From positions 1-11,991 of the forward strand of contig JBHICG010000092.1 of assembly GCA_046759445.1 (NCBI GenBank): DNA of 11,991 nucleotides. The letters run 5' to 3'. The first letter of the stretch is position 1. Each line of letters starts with the position of its first letter. Origin of the DNA: Candidatus Scalinduaceae bacterium. Lineage in GTDB: Bacteria > Planctomycetota > Brocadiia > Brocadiales > Scalinduaceae. A program made the translations under genes and the position numbers. Below the pieces are notes generated by a model that was not told the origin of the DNA, did not search any database, and saw nothing but the letters and a program-made list of their open reading frames with translations. Positions 7,867-11,991 of this stretch are shown here, one piece after another.

Positions 7867-8099
7867 AACCATGCCTGTAGTAAGTGGCAGAATAAGTTCT
7901 ACTTTGACAACCTTATTAAGTGAGCTTAGGGGTGAATGTGTGTCGACTACCAAGTTGATTCATCAGCTTGAAATTGAACATCTTACAGAAGAACAAATGG
8001 AAGATGTTTTGGGTGAGCTGATGGCATCAGTTACTCATTTACAGATGCATTCTAAAATGGCGAAGGAAGTGCTGGAAAAGGATTAAGAGGAAAGTTTAA
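7867..8099 (+). repeat. Direct repeat copy 1 (233 bp)
   Basis: Aligns without gaps to 8873-9105 with 11 mismatches (~95% identity); offset 1006 bp. Confidence 0.95.
7871..8086 (+). CDS. Small helical acidic hypothetical protein (71 aa), possibly toxin-antitoxin associated
   Basis: Intact ORF with amphipathic helical pattern, duplicated downstream and adjacent to a PIN gene. The function is inferred from context only. Confidence 0.65.
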   Translation: MPVVSGRISSTLTTLLSELRGECVSTTKLIHQLEIEHLTEEQMEDVLGELMASVTHLQMHSKMAKEVLEKD

Positions 8100-8171
8100 C
8101 GTAAATAAATTGTTAGGCTATAGTCAATTGGAAATTGTTGAGTCTACTATGCTTTAAGTGTAAGGAAACAG

Positions 8172-8642
8172 TTGTTTAAAAAATTAAAACTATACTTTGA
8201 TACATCTATATTTAACTTTGCATTAGCAGATGATGTTCCAAAGGAGAAAGAAGTTACCTTAAAGCTTTTCAATGAAGTAAAGAGAGGCGGATACGAGGTC
8301 TACATTTCCGAAGTAGTTATTAGAGAAGTTAATCGCGCATCAAGAGAAAAAGCAGAAAGTCTTATTGGTTTGATCAATGAAATAGTAACAGAAGAGTTGT
8401 ATGTAAATGAGGAAATGCAGGATTTAGCCAAAAGATATATTGCAGAAAGAATCATACCTGAGAGATACGAAGATGATGCTCTACATATAGCTGTTGCTTC
8501 AGTTAATAATCTTGATGCTATTATCAGTTGGAATTTTGCTCATATAGTTAAATTAAAAACAAAAAAAGAAGTTGTCGGCGTTAATGCGATCTCTGGTTTT
8601 AAAGAGATAGATATTTATTCTCCTTGGGAGGTGATAGAGTAA
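8172..8642 (+). CDS. PIN-domain (VapC-like) ribonuclease toxin
   Basis: LYFDTSIF, YISEVVIREV, EDDALHIAVA and IISWNFAHIV are PIN motifs. SD TAAGGA at 8161-8166 precedes the TTG start. Confidence 0.88.
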   Translation: MFKKLKLYFDTSIFNFALADDVPKEKEVTLKLFNEVKRGGYEVYISEVVIREVNRASREKAESLIGLINEIVTEELYVNEEMQDLAKRYIAERIIPERYEDDALHIAVASVNNLDAIISWNFAHIVKLKTKKEVVGVNAISGFKEIDIYSPWEVIE

Positions 8643-8824
8643 TGGGAAATGAAGTGAACCCTATGAGAGAAATTCATGAGATTCAGGAACGAATTTATGA
8701 AGAACAAAAATGTATGACTAATAAGGAAAAAAAAGAGGCCTTACATAAAGAAGCCAAAGAGGCAAGAAAAAAGTTTGGTCTAAAGATTAAGAAAAGGGAG
8801 AGTAGTGTTTCGGAAGCGACTTAA
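8642..8824 (+). CDS. Small charged protein, putative antitoxin downstream of the PIN toxin
   Basis: SD GGAGGTGA at 8627-8634 and a TAATG overlap with the PIN stop favour start 8642 (60 aa, MGNEVNPMREIHEIQERIYEE...). Confidence 0.7.
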   Translation: MGNEVNPMREIHEIQERIYEEQKCMTNKEKKEALHKEAKEARKKFGLKIKKRESSVSEAT

Positions 8825-8872
8825 GTTACTCGTTTATGTAAGCATTCTTGCCCATCATATTTTGTATTAATT

Positions 8873-9105
8873 AACCATGTCTGTAGTAAGTGGTAGAATA
8901 AGTTCTACTTTGGCAACCTTATTAAGTGAACTTAGAGATGAATGTTTATCGACTACCAAGTTGATTCATCAGCTTGAAATTTAACATCTTACAGAAGAAC
9001 AAATGAAAGATGTTTTGGGTGAGCTGATGGCATCAGTTACTCATTTACAGATGCATTCTAAAATGGCGAAGGAAGTGCTGGAAAAGGATTAAGAGAAAAG
9101 TTTAA
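8873..9105 (+). repeat. Direct repeat copy 2 (233 bp)
   Basis: ~95% identical to 7867-8099. Confidence 0.95.
8877..9092 (+). pseudogene. Nonsense-disrupted paralog of the 7871-8086 gene
   Basis: Colinear copy with GAA>TAA at codon 36 (8982-8984) and 9 other substitutions in the CDS. Confidence 0.9.
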
Positions 9106-9198
9106 AAAGAGGAAATGGTACAAGGCACATTAGATAAACAAAGGACTCAAAGCTAGAAATAAATAATCTTTAAATAATAGTAAGGAGTGTCACTTAAG

Positions 9199-9921
9199 AT
9201 GAAAAGTAATTTCAAATTGTTTGGCGCCATAATTATTATGGGAGCTTTAGTTATTATTTCTATAAGTTCTGCAAATTTTCAGAAACAGTCCGTCTTGCTT
9301 AGAGAAGAGATTTTTGATAAGTGCAAGATGATCGCCATCGAACTTAAGCACACAAGAGAATACCTGGCAGAAACAATAGCGCTTGCCAATTTGCAACATC
9401 ACGAGGAAGCTAGAAGGCTCATGCCTGCAATGGCAGGAAATGAAATCGGGAAAAAGTTTTATAATGAAACAGGTTATCAGTTAAGGCAGGTAAGTTCAAA
9501 ATATAGAAACCCAAAAAATAAACCTGATAAATTTGAAGAAAAAGCTCTGCTTGAATTTGAGGAAAATACGAATCTCAGTGAATATAAAGGTGTTGATAAG
9601 GTGAACGGCAGAAGAGTCCTGAGGTATCTCATTCCACTTTACATTGAAGAGGCATGTCTTAAATGTCATTCTGCAAAGGAATCTGTGCCTGAATTTATAA
9701 AAGAAGATTATCCTGAAGATAAAGCCACTGACTATGTGTATGGTGATTTAAGAGGAGCTATATCTGTGATTGTCCCAATTGACAGGGCGGAAGCTGAAGT
9801 CAAAAATAATCTGATTTATATGACCATTTTAACGGCACTAGGAACAATATTCTTGGTAACCATTATTGCCTTTGCATTGAATGTTACGATTAGAAAGGTA
9901 AGTAAAGATAATCAACAATAA
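9199..9921 (+). CDS. DUF3365 / Tll0287-like c-type heme-binding membrane protein
   Basis: N-terminal TM. LRQVSSKYRNPKNKPDKFEEKAL, LRYLIPL, CLKCH (CxxCH) and GDLRGAISVIVP motifs. C-terminal TM. AGGAG at 9183-9187 favours ATG 9199 over GTG 9187. Confidence 0.85.
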   Translation: MKSNFKLFGAIIIMGALVIISISSANFQKQSVLLREEIFDKCKMIAIELKHTREYLAETIALANLQHHEEARRLMPAMAGNEIGKKFYNETGYQLRQVSSKYRNPKNKPDKFEEKALLEFEENTNLSEYKGVDKVNGRRVLRYLIPLYIEEACLKCHSAKESVPEFIKEDYPEDKATDYVYGDLRGAISVIVPIDRAEAEVKNNLIYMTILTALGTIFLVTIIAFALNVTIRKVSKDNQQ

Positions 9922-10249
9922 ACCCCGTTAAAAAGCTTGGGTGGACAGGCTGTCCGAGAATTGTCATTCAGGTTCCCAATCAAGTTGGGAATGACATTAC
10001 TTGATCCGGAATCTCATACCCTTTAAAACCATTAAATTTAAGGATTCTGAGATCCTGAATTTAATTCAGGACATGATTCAGGTGTGATTCTACTCGACGA
10101 GTAAAATCACCTAAGCAATTCTGCTGTTGCAGAATTGCCAATGACAAAATGGGTTTTTACTTATCCTCGGACAGCCTGTGGAACTTTAATCCCGCCCAAG
10201 ATATATATTTTTAAATACGTCTACATGAGGAGTTTCCCCCCTCTAACGG
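9922..10249. repeat. Outer palindromic (REP-like) element interrupted by a MITE
   Basis: Ends (ACC)CCGTTA 9922-9930 and TAACGG 10244-10249 are inverted. The internal hairpin CTTGGGTGGAA...TCCCGCCCAAG is restored when 9946-10182 is removed. Confidence 0.6.
9946..10178. mobile_element. Non-autonomous MITE-like element (233 bp) with 13-bp TIRs and 4-bp target-site duplication
   Basis: CAGGCTGTCCGAG (9946-9958) and CTCGGACAGCCTG (10166-10178) are perfect inverted repeats, flanked by TGGA on both sides (9942-9945, 10179-10182). No ORF inside. Confidence 0.82.
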
Positions 10250-10270
10250 ACATAAACATTCATTTCTACA

Positions 10271-11812
10271 ATGAATTTGCACATAGAAACCCTGGATAAG
10301 TTAAAAGAACAAACCTTTGAAACATTATCGAGAAATTATAAATCTCTGAAGGAATGTAAATATGCGGACTTGAAATTGGGGATTAGTGAATTCAAGTCAG
10401 CTTGTTCTGAAAATGGACAAGCAAAGGATGTAAAGGAGGAATGTAACCTTTCTTTCGGCATAAGGGTTGTCGCAGGAGAAATGTCATCCTGGGGCTTTTA
10501 TGGTCAATCCCTGGGAAAAAATGATTTAAGAAACAAGGAAATCAAAAAACTGATAACGTCAGGTATGAATATTGCCTATGAAAGGGCCATATTTAACGCT
10601 AAGAAAAAACGGGAATTCAAGAGTATGGCTGATTCATTAACCGAGGTTCGACTTGCAAAAGTCAAAGTTTGTCAGGATACAGTTACGGCAGATTTCGAAA
10701 TAGACCCCAGAGGAATTACTTCACGGAAGATATTAAGTACGAGCATGAATGTATCTAAACAAATGAAAGATGTTGATGATACGTTAAAATTTACGGCCAC
10801 AGAGATTAAGACGGGTATAACAAGAGAATTATTTTTCAACTCTGAAGGAGCAAAGATTGACAAATCCTTTGCATTAACACAAGGCATGATATATGTATCA
10901 GCTCAGAAAGATGATTTAAGTCCAGAAGTATACTATGACTGCCTTGGAGACTTGAGAGGTTGGGAAGTGATTGAAGGTAAAAATGCTTGCAAATTGAGCC
11001 TTCTTGATTTTGCACTTGAGAAAACTAAAGATACAGTTGAACTTGCAGGCGCAGAGTTTCTAAAAAGCAGTGAAGGTGAAGAGATTGTTGTAACAAACCC
11101 TCACTTTAATACATTACTTATACATGAAATCGTTGGACATCCAACAGAAGCAGACAGGGCCTTAAAAATGGAAACCGCTTATGCAGGCAGATCATGGCTT
11201 TTTAATAATCTGAGTGATAATCAAATAGGCAGCCGGATAGCCTCACCTCTCGTAAACGCCTTTTCAGATCCCACCATGGCAGGATATGGACACTATAAAT
11301 ATGATTCTGAAGGAACACCAGCAAAGCGCGTAAACCTGATTGAGGATGGTGTGCTAAAAGATTTCTTGAACGGAAGGGAAACCGCTGCCATCCTTGGACA
11401 GGAACCCAATGGTTCAATGAGGGCAACTGACCCATCCCTTGTGCCACTAGTCAGAATGACAAATACTGCTTTCGGAAGTGGTGAAAAAACTCCAGAAGAG
11501 ATAATAAAAGAAGTAGAAGATGGTTATTACGTTGTCAATCACCGCATACCATCAATAAGCGAATCAAGAGAAAATTTCAGAATCTCTGCACAAAAGGTTT
11601 ATAAGATTAAAAATGGAAACCTCGTCAAGTTATATAGAGGTGGCGCCGTAATGGCTGACTCGAAAGACTTTCTTATGAGCGTTGATGCTGTAGGAAACGA
11701 TTTCAAATTATATCCCGTACCGAACTGTGGAAAAGGGCAACCAATGCAAATCATGAGGGTCGGAAATGGAGGACCCACACTTAGGGGCAGAGCAAGGGTA
11801 ACTGGTTGTTGA
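10271..11812 (+). CDS. tldD: TldD/PmbA family metalloprotease, TldD (catalytic) type
   Basis: FGIRV...WGF N-terminal motif, metal-binding IHEIVGHPTEAD (HExxxH), YDSEGTPA, PLVRMTNT and C-terminal CGKGQP.....GGP. Confidence 0.9.
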   Translation: MNLHIETLDKLKEQTFETLSRNYKSLKECKYADLKLGISEFKSACSENGQAKDVKEECNLSFGIRVVAGEMSSWGFYGQSLGKNDLRNKEIKKLITSGMNIAYERAIFNAKKKREFKSMADSLTEVRLAKVKVCQDTVTADFEIDPRGITSRKILSTSMNVSKQMKDVDDTLKFTATEIKTGITRELFFNSEGAKIDKSFALTQGMIYVSAQKDDLSPEVYYDCLGDLRGWEVIEGKNACKLSLLDFALEKTKDTVELAGAEFLKSSEGEEIVVTNPHFNTLLIHEIVGHPTEADRALKMETAYAGRSWLFNNLSDNQIGSRIASPLVNAFSDPTMAGYGHYKYDSEGTPAKRVNLIEDGVLKDFLNGRETAAILGQEPNGSMRATDPSLVPLVRMTNTAFGSGEKTPEEIIKEVEDGYYVVNHRIPSISESRENFRISAQKVYKIKNGNLVKLYRGGAVMADSKDFLMSVDAVGNDFKLYPVPNCGKGQPMQIMRVGNGGPTLRGRARVTGC

Positions 11813-11906
11813 AGATTATAGCTACGTAAACTTGTTTTGCAAAAAATTAATGAATGGCATGTAGAAGGCCTTACCTTTACTCTGAATGTAACGTAGCCTT
11901 TCACTT

Positions 11907-11991
11907 GTCATTCTGAACGAAGCGTAGCGAAGTGAAGAATCTCTTGTTCATAGACCTATAGATTCTTCGGTCGTAAACTCCCTCAGAATGA
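11907..11991. repeat. REP-like nested palindrome (GTCATTCTGA...TCAGAATGA[C]), running to the window end
   Basis: GTCATTCTGA 11907-11916 pairs with TCAGAATGA 11983-11991. Inner GAAGAATCT 11934-11942 pairs with AGATTCTTC 11960-11968. Confidence 0.8.

Noticed and set aside
8094..8118. attC-like core pair GTTTAAC...GTTAGGC at the end of repeat copy 1 (also GCCTAAC near 7485 and 7612)
   Set aside because: Only 25 bp, too short for attC, with no L boxes. The other cores lack matching partners and there is no integrase in the window.
7867..10178. The direct repeat and the MITE are both 233 bp long
   Set aside because: No sequence similarity between them; treated as coincidence.
212..11904. Minus-strand ORFs 212-451, 3483-3740, 5253-5483, 5580-5873, 10672-10887, 11202-11447 and 11599-11904, and + strand ORF 4992-5189
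   Set aside because: They are antisense or alternate-frame shadows of well-supported genes and have no recognisable motifs.

Overview
AT-rich bacterial window with all convincing genes on the + strand. It has four parts. (1) A tightly linked two-protease operon: a 5'-truncated trypsin/HtrA-like serine protease ending in seven 13-aa DxDxDG repeats, then a 1281-aa apparently exported TPR-CHAT (caspase-like) protease with a CtpA-type PDZ domain inserted inside its CHAT domain. (2) Small exported proteins: one very acidic, one very basic and a lipoprotein, followed by a decayed CxxC membrane-protein gene and a stand-alone SIR2-like gene. (3) A PIN toxin/putative antitoxin pair lying between two ~95% identical 233-bp direct repeats of a small gene, the second copy carrying a nonsense mutation. 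(4) A DUF3365-like c-type heme membrane protein, a nested MITE/REP-like repeat, tldD and a terminal REP-like palindrome. The strongest candidate for an undescribed system is the exported trypsin + TPR-CHAT(PDZ) protease pair with its downstream small secreted proteins. All family assignments come from motif recognition; no searches were run.
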